Assembly: GCA_965218425.1 (NCBI GenBank)
Contig: OZ244621.1
Coordinates: 4,384,001 to 4,448,000 of the forward strand
DNA length: 64,000 nt
DNA from: an uncultured Candidatus Binatia bacterium
Lineage (GTDB): Bacteria; Desulfobacterota; Binatia; UBA9968; CAXXLF01
Direction of reading: 5' to 3'
In this document: piece after piece, positions 1-9,212 of the stretch
How positions within the stretch are numbered: position 1 is the first letter of the stretch
Layout: each line of letters starts with the position of its first letter
Translations under genes and position numbers: made by a program
Notes under the pieces: generated by a model
Database searches by the model: none
The model's input: the letters and a program-made list of their open reading frames with translations, nothing else
Told to the model about the DNA's origin: nothing

Positions 1-10
1 AAGACGCCGA

Positions 11-166
11 AAAATCAAAATCCGAAATTCCAAGCTCGAAATCTCAGACAATCCGAAATACCTAAATCTAGAAATCGAAACCCAAAACGAAAATGTATAT
101 AGTTTTTATGATTTTTGAGCATTCGGATTGGTTTCGAGTTTCGTATTTGAATGTTATTGATACTTG
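11..166. repeat. Heptamer-periodic imperfect palindromic intergenic element (A/C-rich arm then T/G-rich arm)
   Basis: AAATCC/AAATCT/AAATCG-like units at about 7-nt period (11-95) followed by a complementary-type arm (TTCGGATT, TTTCGAGTTTCGTATTT); related copies at 10902 and 44917. Confidence 0.6.
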
Positions 167-263
167 GCATCCTTTGCTCAGCCCGAGGCTGATCCGTCCT
201 CTGGCGGAGCCTTTGCGCGAATCGTTGTTTATCCGACTTCTCTAAACGCGTAGTCGAGTTCAA

Positions 264-1274
264 ATGCAGCTCCCACCCCTTGCAACCACCACCGTTGGTA
301 GCTTTCCCTGCCCGAGTTGGCTCGCCACAGTGGTACGAGGCGAGTCCACCTTTCGATTTGAGGGCGATACCCTACGAGAATCAAAGGACGATGCTACCAT
401 CATCGCCCTTCACGACCAGGAGGACGCAGGACTGGATCTGCTCACCGATGGAGAGCAACGGAGATCCAATTTCATCCATCATGTTATTAGTTGTTGGGAC
501 GGGATTGATTTTGCAAAGTTTGGCCTAAAGCACGAGTATCGTCGCCGGGTCCAAGAACGCATGCTGCCCCGTGTTATGGGGAGAGTCACGCGCCGAAACC
601 CCGCCGCATTAGACGACGTTCTCTTCGCAAAAGCGCATACGAGCTGGCCCATCAAGATGGCCGTGCCGGGTCCCATGACCGTCGTCGACAGTACGGTGGA
701 TGAAGCCTATGGCGATGAGGAGGCTCTGGCAATCGATGTGGCTGCGGCCCTCAATGCAGAGCTTCTCGATTTACAGGCGGCGGGCTGCGACGTTTTGCAG
801 ATCGATGAACCGGCTATGACCCGCTATCACAAAAAGGTGGCCGCCTATGGAGCCGAGGCACTTGATCGTTGCCTGGAAGGAATAAGTGTCCCGACCATCG
901 TTCATCTGTGCTACGGTTACCCCGGAGGGCAGAGTTTACAACACCATTTCGAATACCCCGAGTTGCTGAAATTGCTTTTGCAAACGCGAATCGGAGGTTT
1001 CGCCGTAGAGTTTGGCAGAAGCAGCTTTGACCCAGCCGTACTAGGGGTTTGCAAAGACCGTATCGTGATGTTCGGATGTGTGGACCCGGGAGACACACCG
1101 GTACCGCCCGTGCGTCAGGTGGTGAATCGGGTGCAGGGAGCATTAAAGCACCTGGACGCAGCAAAGGTGTGGCTCGCCCCGGATTGCGGCCTGATGACCA
1201 CTAGCCGTGAAATTGCCCGTGCTAAGGCCCGATTACTGGTGGGAGTTGCGCGGGAGATACGAGGGGCTCTCTGA
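264..1274 (+). CDS. Cobalamin-independent methionine synthase II (MetE C-terminal-like) family protein, Cys form
   Basis: TTVGSFP, TDGEQRR, QIDEP, HLCYGY and APDCG zinc-ligand motifs; single-barrel length, 336 aa. Confidence 0.85.
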   Translation: MQLPPLATTTVGSFPCPSWLATVVRGESTFRFEGDTLRESKDDATIIALHDQEDAGLDLLTDGEQRRSNFIHHVISCWDGIDFAKFGLKHEYRRRVQERMLPRVMGRVTRRNPAALDDVLFAKAHTSWPIKMAVPGPMTVVDSTVDEAYGDEEALAIDVAAALNAELLDLQAAGCDVLQIDEPAMTRYHKKVAAYGAEALDRCLEGISVPTIVHLCYGYPGGQSLQHHFEYPELLKLLLQTRIGGFAVEFGRSSFDPAVLGVCKDRIVMFGCVDPGDTPVPPVRQVVNRVQGALKHLDAAKVWLAPDCGLMTTSREIARAKARLLVGVAREIRGAL

Positions 1275-1340
1275 GAAACTATCCTCTTATCGACTCAGGC
1301 CTTCAAATAAATAAGGAGGCGACCTTGACCTAAGCCGATA

Positions 1341-2150
1341 TCAATTTTCCGCGACGTCGATGAGCACCCCGTCTAAATCAGCAAGATGGAACTTCCCCAA
1401 CTTACATTGAGAGAAGAGGTTCTTTCTCGCCTCTCCCTCTGGTCCTAACGCCAAGGGACCGGGAATCAGGAAATGATTCCTTGACTGCACCTCAGCCATA
1501 TCGGCCTTAAATGCCTCAATGCTTTCCACCTTGAAACCGATATGATCCAAAGCGGGTCGTTCAATCCCCATGCCCTTGAAGTCGTTTATCTTCCAAGGGC
1601 ACACCACCAAAGTCACCCTCCCATCCGTGAGGTAAGAGTTGGGATCATCCGCGGGTTTTTCCATCTCCAGAAGGTCAAATACCTCGCGATAAAAACGGGC
1701 CAAGCTTGTAGGTTCGACTGCGCGGAGTGCGAAATGCTTGATATAGCGCTTCTCATTAACGGGGCCACTATCCTCATAAACATCTTGTCTGTTCTCCATA
1801 CCTCGCTGGGAAAGGTCGAATACGTTTCCTGCTGGGTCATGGGTGCTGAGACCGGCAAAGGGCCTATTGCCGGGCCTCTTTACCACCTCGATGGCGGGGT
1901 ACATTTCCCGCAACCGCGCAAACACGACCTCAACATCTTCAACCTCAAACCCAAAATGGTCGAAACCTGCTTGACGCCCTGGGCGTCTACCATTGATGTT
2001 CAATCCCACATAACCATTGCCCACAGCGACCGCACTGACTTCGCGTCTTTGTTTTTCGTGAACCTTCATACCAAACATGGCCTGATAAAATCTTGCCTGC
2101 ATTGAATAGTTCTCACTGACGACGGCCAGGTGCTTAATTTTGGCAAACAT
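1341..2150 (-). CDS. VOC (glyoxalase/dioxygenase) family protein, two-domain
   Basis: KIKHLA, DHFGFEVED, HDPAGNVFDLS, DHIGFKV motifs; SD GAAGGAGG upstream; paralogue of 3591-4421. Confidence 0.85.
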   Translation of the reverse strand: MFAKIKHLAVVSENYSMQARFYQAMFGMKVHEKQRREVSAVAVGNGYVGLNINGRRPGRQAGFDHFGFEVEDVEVVFARLREMYPAIEVVKRPGNRPFAGLSTHDPAGNVFDLSQRGMENRQDVYEDSGPVNEKRYIKHFALRAVEPTSLARFYREVFDLLEMEKPADDPNSYLTDGRVTLVVCPWKINDFKGMGIERPALDHIGFKVESIEAFKADMAEVQSRNHFLIPGPLALGPEGEARKNLFSQCKLGKFHLADLDGVLIDVAEN

Positions 2151-2295
2151 AGAAATCCTCCTTCATTTGTGAGGGTTGATATTAGGCCCGTCCACCATCC
2201 ATCGCTCTGCTTCGCACGTTATTAGGTAAGCCCAACTCTGTCAATTCATAAGGAAGCAGCCGGGTAGACCTGCTAAATATTTTCATTCATTTTTC

Positions 2296-3396
2296 TCAGT
2301 GGATGAGGTGGTTGAGCCAAACGTGACGCCCTGGGTCGAGAGTTTTGTCTCTGAATCCGGAAAAATTGGGTCCGTAACGATAGGTCCGAAAGACTTGATT
2401 CACTCGGCCATTCTCCCCGTCAATAAAAAAGGGGCTTACGAACTCCCATACCACTTCCCTTTCCCGAGTAACCTCGAATAGACGTCCCTTCACCCCCTCG
2501 CAGATCAGAGTATTTCCGTTGGGTAATCGCTGTGCTCCGCTAACATGGCCGCTAAAGAAGTCCCATTGAGGACGAGCCTCGTAGCTCCACTCGATCTGAT
2601 TGGTTGTGGGATTGACCTCTACGATCCTGGATCCAGGAGAGTTGCCATAACGAGTAGAATGAAATCCATTGTCAAAGATCAACACGTTTCCATTATCGAG
2701 TAAAGAGGGATCGTGCTGATGGGCGAGCTCTCCTTTTCCCCACTTCCAGCGAAACCTTCCACTCCGTTTTTCAATAATCGCAACTGTGCTGATGACTCGA
2801 AAACTGGTCAAAATATCTCCGTCGGGGAGCACCTTGCAGGCGTTGGCATGGGTCCATTCCCGCCGCCCGCCGAGGGGGCAGATGACATCCTCCTCCGGAT
2901 CAAGGTGCTCGTGGCCGTGCCACTCCCAAACTGTTTTTCCATCAGGAGTAATCTCCCTGAAATAATCGGACCAGATGCCCTGGGGGTGCTCCGTGCCAGG
3001 AATACCTCCCTTGACCCGTTTTACCATGTCAGAAGGGATAAGCTCCCAACCCAATACCATGGTATTGCCGTTTGGCATACGACAAAAATCGTGGTGGAGA
3101 GTGGGTTCTTCATAGGACCAAACGACCTCACCTTCCCAGTTCATCTCCATAATCACGCCGCCGTTGCCACCGAATTGTACTGGACCCTTCTCCGTCCTAC
3201 CGGCCACGAGTAGACAACCATTTTCCAGTAGATAGCCATAGTCAGCCGGTAGGTATGGCAGATCCCAATGGTGAACCACGTTTCCGAGCATATCAATCAG
3301 ATAAACGTCGCGACCGCGCTGTGGAGCAAACAACGTGTAGCCATCGTAGGCTTGTCCGCGCTTATACCAGGTGAGACCTAACTTTTGCCCTGCCAT
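2296..3396 (-). CDS. Arylsulfotransferase (ASST)-like beta-propeller protein
   Basis: HHDF, WTHAN, HQHD, FDNG and SGAQRLPNGNTLICEG motifs; SD GAGGT. Confidence 0.85.
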   Translation of the reverse strand: MAGQKLGLTWYKRGQAYDGYTLFAPQRGRDVYLIDMLGNVVHHWDLPYLPADYGYLLENGCLLVAGRTEKGPVQFGGNGGVIMEMNWEGEVVWSYEEPTLHHDFCRMPNGNTMVLGWELIPSDMVKRVKGGIPGTEHPQGIWSDYFREITPDGKTVWEWHGHEHLDPEEDVICPLGGRREWTHANACKVLPDGDILTSFRVISTVAIIEKRSGRFRWKWGKGELAHQHDPSLLDNGNVLIFDNGFHSTRYGNSPGSRIVEVNPTTNQIEWSYEARPQWDFFSGHVSGAQRLPNGNTLICEGVKGRLFEVTREREVVWEFVSPFFIDGENGRVNQVFRTYRYGPNFSGFRDKTLDPGRHVWLNHLIH

Positions 3397-3590
3397 AAAA
3401 CCACCTCAATATTTGTTTTCTCCCGCTTACTACCTAATGTTAGGGCAATTGTCCAACTCTTAATGAAATGATTGTTTCTGTTTTCGTTTTCCTATATACC
3501 GAGGTCGAAGCATCAAGGGGCTTCGCTCGGTATGACTGCTGGGAAGGTTAGAGTATGTTAATTTTGAGGTCTATCTTTTAAGGAGGTGAC

Positions 3591-4421
3591 ATGATGAAAG
3601 CAATGTTCAAGCACCTTGCTACTATGACTGAGAACCCCCCGCGTTTAGCCAAGTTCTACGAAGCAGCCTTCGGGATGAAGGGGGGCAAATCCGGCCCAGA
3701 GCCTGATGATCCCTCTCGGCAAGGGAGACCAAGAGCCAGGACAGTGAGTGATGGATACGTAGGATTCAACTTCAATCCCAGAAGTCCCGGGCGACCAGCA
3801 GCACTGGATCATTTCGGTATCGAGGTGGAGGATGCAAAAGCTGTCTGCAATCGTATCCGGGACAAATATCCCAAGATCAAGATCCTCAAGAGACCTTCCA
3901 ATCGTCCCTTTGCCGCCATAGGAACCCATGATCCCGCAGGAAATATTTTCGACCTCTCGCAGAGGGACATGACAAACAGGCGAGGCATTTACGCCATTGA
4001 CGGTTGGTCCGCCCAGCGCTACGTGGATCACTTCGTATTGCGCGTTCTTGATCCGCCGACCATTGCTGAGTTCTATCAGGAAATCTTTGAATTGGAGGAT
4101 GAGGAAAAAGCTTTGGAGGATCCAAACTTTTACCTAACCGATGGCAGGGTAACCATGGTGATTGCTCCTTGGGATATCACGAACTTCGAAGGGACAGGGA
4201 TCGAAAGACCCAGCATGGACCACGTAGGCTTCAAAGTAGAGAGCATCAATGCTGTGAAAAAGGATCTCGAAAAGCTAGAGAAATCTGATCCAGCTGGCGC
4301 TGCAAAACCAATAGGGGTGGGGCCGGAAGGAGAGGCAAGAGTAGCCCTGCTGGCAACTTGCCGTTATGGGAAGTTTCACCTGTCCGACCCCGACTGTGTA
4401 TTCATCGACGTTCATGAGTAG
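3591..4421 (+). CDS. VOC family protein, two-domain
   Basis: DHFGIEVED, HDPAGNIFDLS, DHVGFKV motifs; SD AAGGAGG. Confidence 0.85.
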   Translation: MMKAMFKHLATMTENPPRLAKFYEAAFGMKGGKSGPEPDDPSRQGRPRARTVSDGYVGFNFNPRSPGRPAALDHFGIEVEDAKAVCNRIRDKYPKIKILKRPSNRPFAAIGTHDPAGNIFDLSQRDMTNRRGIYAIDGWSAQRYVDHFVLRVLDPPTIAEFYQEIFELEDEEKALEDPNFYLTDGRVTMVIAPWDITNFEGTGIERPSMDHVGFKVESINAVKKDLEKLEKSDPAGAAKPIGVGPEGEARVALLATCRYGKFHLSDPDCVFIDVHE

Positions 4422-4611
4422 ACGATTGATGCTTGGAAGCCGGGGATAAGGCATCCATATGATCCAATAGTTCTCTGAATCAGAAAAAGGTGGCGGTCAT
4501 GGTGGAGCTTTTGAACTACGAAAAGCGACAACCACTTATGGCTACAGCTCTGCCTTAGCAAACCCTGATTCGAGCTGCTCACTCTAACGTTTCCACGAAA
4601 GGACAAAGGCT

Positions 4612-5772
4612 ATGGTAAAGAACTCCAAGAAACCCGTGGTTTCTTTAGGCTTCCTGGCTTTTTTGCTCATACTCCCGCAAATTGGGTTTGTCGCTCCAAT
4701 TCCGAATTCAACGTTGGAATTGCTGGAGCGATTCAAGCTTGACCGTTCCGTTCTGGACGGGATTGATCAGGAGCTCAAACTACCGGAAGATTGGATCCTG
4801 CAGGCGAAAAAAGAGGGCAAACTAAAGGTGCGTGGTAGTCCAGCGACCCCCAAGGAACTAAAGAACCTCTTAGGTTCTTTTAAAGATCGGTACCCGTTTA
4901 TTAAAGTGGATTATTTTGGAGCCAATCGACAAGGTCGGACGATAAAGACTCTCATGGCGTATCGAAGCGGTAGACTGCTCGCGGACATGGTGATGTCCGT
5001 TGGAACTTTTGCGAACGAATTCAACAAGATCAGGGGAGTCGAGAACTTGCTTGGTCTTCCCACCCTAAAAAATGTCCCAGAGGGGATGAAAGACGAAAAT
5101 GGCAATTGGGTCGGCGTAAATCGGAACTACTGGTGCATGTCGTATAACACTGCATTGGTCGACAAACAGGATCTACCCAAGAAATGGGAAGACATTCTAA
5201 CCAACCAAAAGTGGCGTGGTGGGAATCTGGCACTGGGAAACCGCCCCAATTTATGGGCGGTGAACCTGTGGCTCGCAAACGGAGAGGATTGGACCAAAAA
5301 ATTCCTGACCCGCCTATTTACGGAGGTCAAGCCACAGCTACGCAAAGAAGGGATGAATGCGCTGCCTCAACTCCTCGCGGCGGGTGAGTTCCATGCTGCC
5401 ATCCCGTCAAACTACAAGCGACCTTATCAAATTGCTTTGGCAGGCGGCCCTGTCAGCTTCACCTGTCCTGAGCCTGTCCCCGCTTCTCCTGGAGATCAAA
5501 CGATCATCCTGAAAGGGGCACCCAATGTACATGCTGCTAAAATCTTTTTGAACTGGCTAATGAGTAAAGAAGGTCAGATTGCCCAATACGCACACGAGTA
5601 TGCCGCTCCGCTTGATGATATTCTCGGCCCAAAACTTCTTCCCTATGCGGATCAAATTTTAGGAAAGAAGGCGAGCTTCAGGAATCCCAATCTTGACAAG
5701 GACGTTATGCCAAAGCTGTTCGAGTTTTGGAACGCGCTTTGGCTTAAAGGCGGCGGAACACCGCGTAGATAG
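4612..5772 (+). CDS. ABC transporter substrate-binding protein (Fe3+/extracellular solute-binding type)
   Basis: Signal peptide; YNTALV..LPKKWEDI and APNVHAAKIFLNWLMSKEGQ motifs. Confidence 0.8.
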   Translation: MVKNSKKPVVSLGFLAFLLILPQIGFVAPIPNSTLELLERFKLDRSVLDGIDQELKLPEDWILQAKKEGKLKVRGSPATPKELKNLLGSFKDRYPFIKVDYFGANRQGRTIKTLMAYRSGRLLADMVMSVGTFANEFNKIRGVENLLGLPTLKNVPEGMKDENGNWVGVNRNYWCMSYNTALVDKQDLPKKWEDILTNQKWRGGNLALGNRPNLWAVNLWLANGEDWTKKFLTRLFTEVKPQLRKEGMNALPQLLAAGEFHAAIPSNYKRPYQIALAGGPVSFTCPEPVPASPGDQTIILKGAPNVHAAKIFLNWLMSKEGQIAQYAHEYAAPLDDILGPKLLPYADQILGKKASFRNPNLDKDVMPKLFEFWNALWLKGGGTPRR

Positions 5773-5870
5773 GTCAAAACAATTTCGATTACAGAAAAGA
5801 GGTCATCGTCCCTTCGACCCTCATTGACGTATTGCCGTCAAAGGCAATTGGGGCTCCGGATGTCCGTAGA

Positions 5871-6302
5871 ATGAAAATCCTGTTCGTCTGTCGCGCCAAT
5901 GCGGGGAGGAGCCAGGTGGCTGAAGCCTTATTCAACAAGATTTCCCAGCACAGTTCAGAAAGTGCCGGAACTCAGGTGGAGGCGCTGTTGGCACAAGAAA
6001 AGCCGTCCACTAGAACCGTCAATCACGCCACCGCAGGCCAGCCCGTAATCGACTACATGAGAGGCGAAGGAATCGACGTGTCTGACAACACGCGTAGCCA
6101 ATTGACCCCTAAGATGGTTGACGAGGTGGACCGAGTCGTCGTCATCACATCGAAAGAGAGCTGGCCAAAATATCTGCTAGAAAGCGAAAAGGTCGTCTTC
6201 TGGGACATTCCCAACGCCGTGGCGATGACCCCTGAGGCCGCAAGTTTGATATACGACCAGGTCAAAGAACATGTTAAAGAATTTGTGGATGAAATTGGGT
6301 GA
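5871..6302 (+). CDS. Low-molecular-weight phosphatase/arsenate reductase (ArsC-like) family protein
   Basis: ILFVCRANAGRSQ P-loop (CX5R); start moved to ATG 5871. Confidence 0.8.
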   Translation: MKILFVCRANAGRSQVAEALFNKISQHSSESAGTQVEALLAQEKPSTRTVNHATAGQPVIDYMRGEGIDVSDNTRSQLTPKMVDEVDRVVVITSKESWPKYLLESEKVVFWDIPNAVAMTPEAASLIYDQVKEHVKEFVDEIG

Positions 6303-6339
6303 GTCGGAAGAAATCCAAGCGACACGGAAGAAATAGGAA

Positions 6340-6537
6340 TTGCTATCCGTGAATCAAACGAAAAGACTGCTTATACTTTTTCTCTTTGTCGCGTTCACGG
6401 TCTCAGGTTGCTCAACCCTGAGAAGCAGAGCAGGACAGGCAAGAACCAAAAACAAAAGTCGCGATCGGCTCTGTTATTCCGCTTGCATGATGCAACTCAA
6501 CGCAACCGCATTCATGTGTGATCGCACCTGCGGGTAA
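6340..6537 (+). CDS. Small putative Cys-rich lipoprotein
   Basis: Hydrophobic signal with lipobox-like VSGC; two CX3C motifs. Confidence 0.4.
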   Translation: MLSVNQTKRLLILFLFVAFTVSGCSTLRSRAGQARTKNKSRDRLCYSACMMQLNATAFMCDRTCG

Positions 6538-7396
6538 CGTCGAGCCTTATCCTCTGTTGCACCCCTTGCCAAATTTCTCGGCTTCCTTGAACCCTTCCTC
6601 CACTCGTCAATGAGTTGTTGGACAGGAATCTTACGGCGCATCAGTTCTTTCATGAGACTCTTATACTGAACGGCCGAATCGGTCTGAGCATTGACGGGGC
6701 ATACGGTAAGACAGACCTTGCAGCTTTCGTAGTCTTCAAAATAAGGCCGGCAAGCCGGGGTATCTATATGCCGGCGAAGGGCTCCGAACATCTTTCGTTT
6801 CTTGGGTACAACGGCATCATCCGGATAGAAGTTCGCACATGCGTTGCAACGCAAGCACAAATCGTCAAAGCCGTAATTGGCAGGCACTGACTCTGCTATG
6901 AGGGGCATCTCAGTGGTCACCACACCAAGACGCACGCTGGGACCATATTCTTTAGTAATCAAGGAACCATGGCGGCCTAATTCCCCCAGTCCGGCCTTCC
7001 AGGCAATGGGTATAAAAAGAGCGGACCCCTCATTGGGATAGCCCACGGCATGGCCACCAAAGGAGGGAATGAATTGAGCCAATCGAACCGATAGATCCGA
7101 AAGCCTGTAATAAACTCTGTGAACTTCCATTTGCGATGTGGACCCAAGCGCTTCATTTCGTCAAAATCCATATGGATGGCAAAAGAGATCCCGCAGCCGT
7201 GTCCTTCGGGGGGCTCAGTTCCCCGCACGAAATCAAATCGATCCACGGGCGCAATGCCCACAAGATCGGCACCTATTTGTAGGACAGTCTCCTTGACGAA
7301 GCGAGTGACTCCTTCCCAGTCCTTGGTTTCCAGTTTTTCCAGGTTCACGGGACCGTCGTAGAGGCCACGTTGATCATGCCCAGCTCTCATGAACAT
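6474..7396 (-). pseudogene. Reductive dehalogenase/epoxyqueuosine reductase-like Fe-S protein, frameshifted
   Basis: GADLVGIA in one frame, AGLGELGRHGSLIT..YGPSVRL and CxxCxxC motifs in another (shift near 7130); first cluster motif reads CLRCNACANFYP with the last Cys replaced. Confidence 0.75.
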
Positions 7397-7492
7397 GAAA
7401 CGGCGAGTTTGGGGGTGGCGCTTTGCCTTTTGCGCCCCTTGAAATCTGAATTAACGCAATGATTCTAGCTAGATGGCGTATGTATTTTTTGC

Positions 7493-7521
7493 TTGTTATG
7501 TCCGGTCAGGCTTTGTATAAA
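7493..7521 (+). promoter_or_regulatory. Putative sigma70 promoter of the asnB operon
   Basis: TTGTTA-17 nt-TATAAA. Confidence 0.45.
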
Positions 7522-7682
7522 ACTCGTTGATCGCGCCTCACACCAAAAAACCCACTAAGGGATGGACAGGGGTCGGACGAAAATGGTATGGGTTTGAAGT
7601 TGAAAAATTCAGGTTCCTATTTCCTATAAATTATTAATCTCTGCCGAAGGAGAAGAGAACTGATTCCAAATTCAGAATCCTA

Positions 7683-9212
7683 ATGTGTGGCATAACAACA
7701 TATATTGGGCGCCAATCGACTTCCGTAGCCAGGACCATCGATGAGGTGGCGGATAGACTCCAGCACCGGGGACCCGATGATTTTGGACACCTCCACACTG
7801 GTTCGACGGTCCTCGCACACAGGCGCCTCTCCATAATCGACGTTAATGGTGGGAAACAACCCCTATCGAACAAAAAAGGCGACCTGGCACTGGTGTGTAA
7901 TGGCGAGATCTACAACCACGAGGAATTGCGCCGTCAATTGAAAGATCGGCACCACTTTCAGACCAATTCAGACTCTGAAGTCATTCTTCACCTCTATGAA
8001 GAAATGGGCCCACAGTGCGTCACAAAGCTGGACGGCATGTTTGCCTTCGTAGTCAGTGACGGCGAAAAAGTCTTTGCCGCCCGCGATCCCCTAGGTATTA
8101 AACCGTTATACATGGGACACGACGACGATTATGGACTTTGGTTCGCCTCCGAACTTAAAGCCCTAATTGATAAGTGTACCAACATCGAGGAAGTCCCAGC
8201 AGGGTTCACTTACGCAAATGGGTCGTTTCACAAGTGGTTTCATCCTGAGTGGCTCGAAACACCGGAACCGAACTCGTCGCTCAACCCCGGCGCCATTCGG
8301 GAAAGTCTTGAAACCGCTGTCACCAAGCGGCTCATGAGCGATGTTCCCCTAGGTGTGTTTCTCTCAGGCGGGCTGGACTCGAGCATTATCGCGGCATTGG
8401 TCCGACAGCATGTCCCAGAGTTGCACAGCTTTTCAGTGGGTTTGGAAAGTTCACCGGATATTCTGGCGGCCCGAGAGGTAGCTCGGCATCTCGGCACGCA
8501 CCACCATGAATACGCATACACGCCGGCCGAGGCCACTTCCGTGCTCGAGGAGGCCATCGCCCACCTGGAATCCTACGATCCAGCGCTCATGCGCAGCGCC
8601 GTGCCATGCTATTTTGTCTCGAAGATCGCCTCGGACTACGTGAAAGTGGTGCTTTCGGGTGAAGGCGCAGACGAAGCCTTCGCGGGCTATCTGTACCTAC
8701 GTAGCATCAATGATCCGGTCCTCCTCCATCAGGAGTGCGTCCGCCTGCTTACCGGTCTTCACAACATGAACCTGCAGCGGGTGGACCGTATGACCATGGC
8801 CCATTCCATAGAGGGCCGTGTTCCTTTTCTCGATATTAATTTTCTTAACGCCGTCATGGCCATTGACCCACGCGAGAAGCTCCACCGGCCGGATTACCCA
8901 GAGAAGTGGCTGCTACGGAACGCCGTAACGGATCTGCTTCCGGAATCCATTTTATGGCGTAAGAAACAGGAATTCGCACAGGGCTGTGGGTCCGAATGGA
9001 CTCTGCGGGAGCATTGCGATGAGGTGGTCAGCGACGAGGATATCAGCGCAGCCGCCCAGCGATTCCCCGCCGATACACCACAGACCAAGGAAGCGTATCT
9101 TTACCGGAGAATATTCGAAGATATCTTCCCTGGGGATACCCCGCGTCAGACCGTGGGACGTTGGCGCGGCGCATTCGCTTCATCAAATGAACTGGAGGGA
9201 CCCAATGTCTGA
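7683..9212 (+). CDS. asnB: Asparagine synthase (glutamine-hydrolysing) family amidotransferase
   Basis: N-terminal MCGI, HRGPD, RLSIID, NGEIYN, SGGLDSS, SGEGADE motifs. Confidence 0.9.
   Translation: MCGITTYIGRQSTSVARTIDEVADRLQHRGPDDFGHLHTGSTVLAHRRLSIIDVNGGKQPLSNKKGDLALVCNGEIYNHEELRRQLKDRHHFQTNSDSEVILHLYEEMGPQCVTKLDGMFAFVVSDGEKVFAARDPLGIKPLYMGHDDDYGLWFASELKALIDKCTNIEEVPAGFTYANGSFHKWFHPEWLETPEPNSSLNPGAIRESLETAVTKRLMSDVPLGVFLSGGLDSSIIAALVRQHVPELHSFSVGLESSPDILAAREVARHLGTHHHEYAYTPAEATSVLEEAIAHLESYDPALMRSAVPCYFVSKIASDYVKVVLSGEGADEAFAGYLYLRSINDPVLLHQECVRLLTGLHNMNLQRVDRMTMAHSIEGRVPFLDINFLNAVMAIDPREKLHRPDYPEKWLLRNAVTDLLPESILWRKKQEFAQGCGSEWTLREHCDEVVSDEDISAAAQRFPADTPQTKEAYLYRRIFEDIFPGDTPRQTVGRWRGAFASSNELEGPNV

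Noticed and set aside
15..263. 82-aa minus-strand ORF
   Set aside because: Mostly a translation of the heptamer repeat element
7683..9212. Lasso-peptide cyclase / RiPP cluster
   Set aside because: Intact N-terminal Cys glutaminase domain; no B1/B2 proteins or credible precursor nearby
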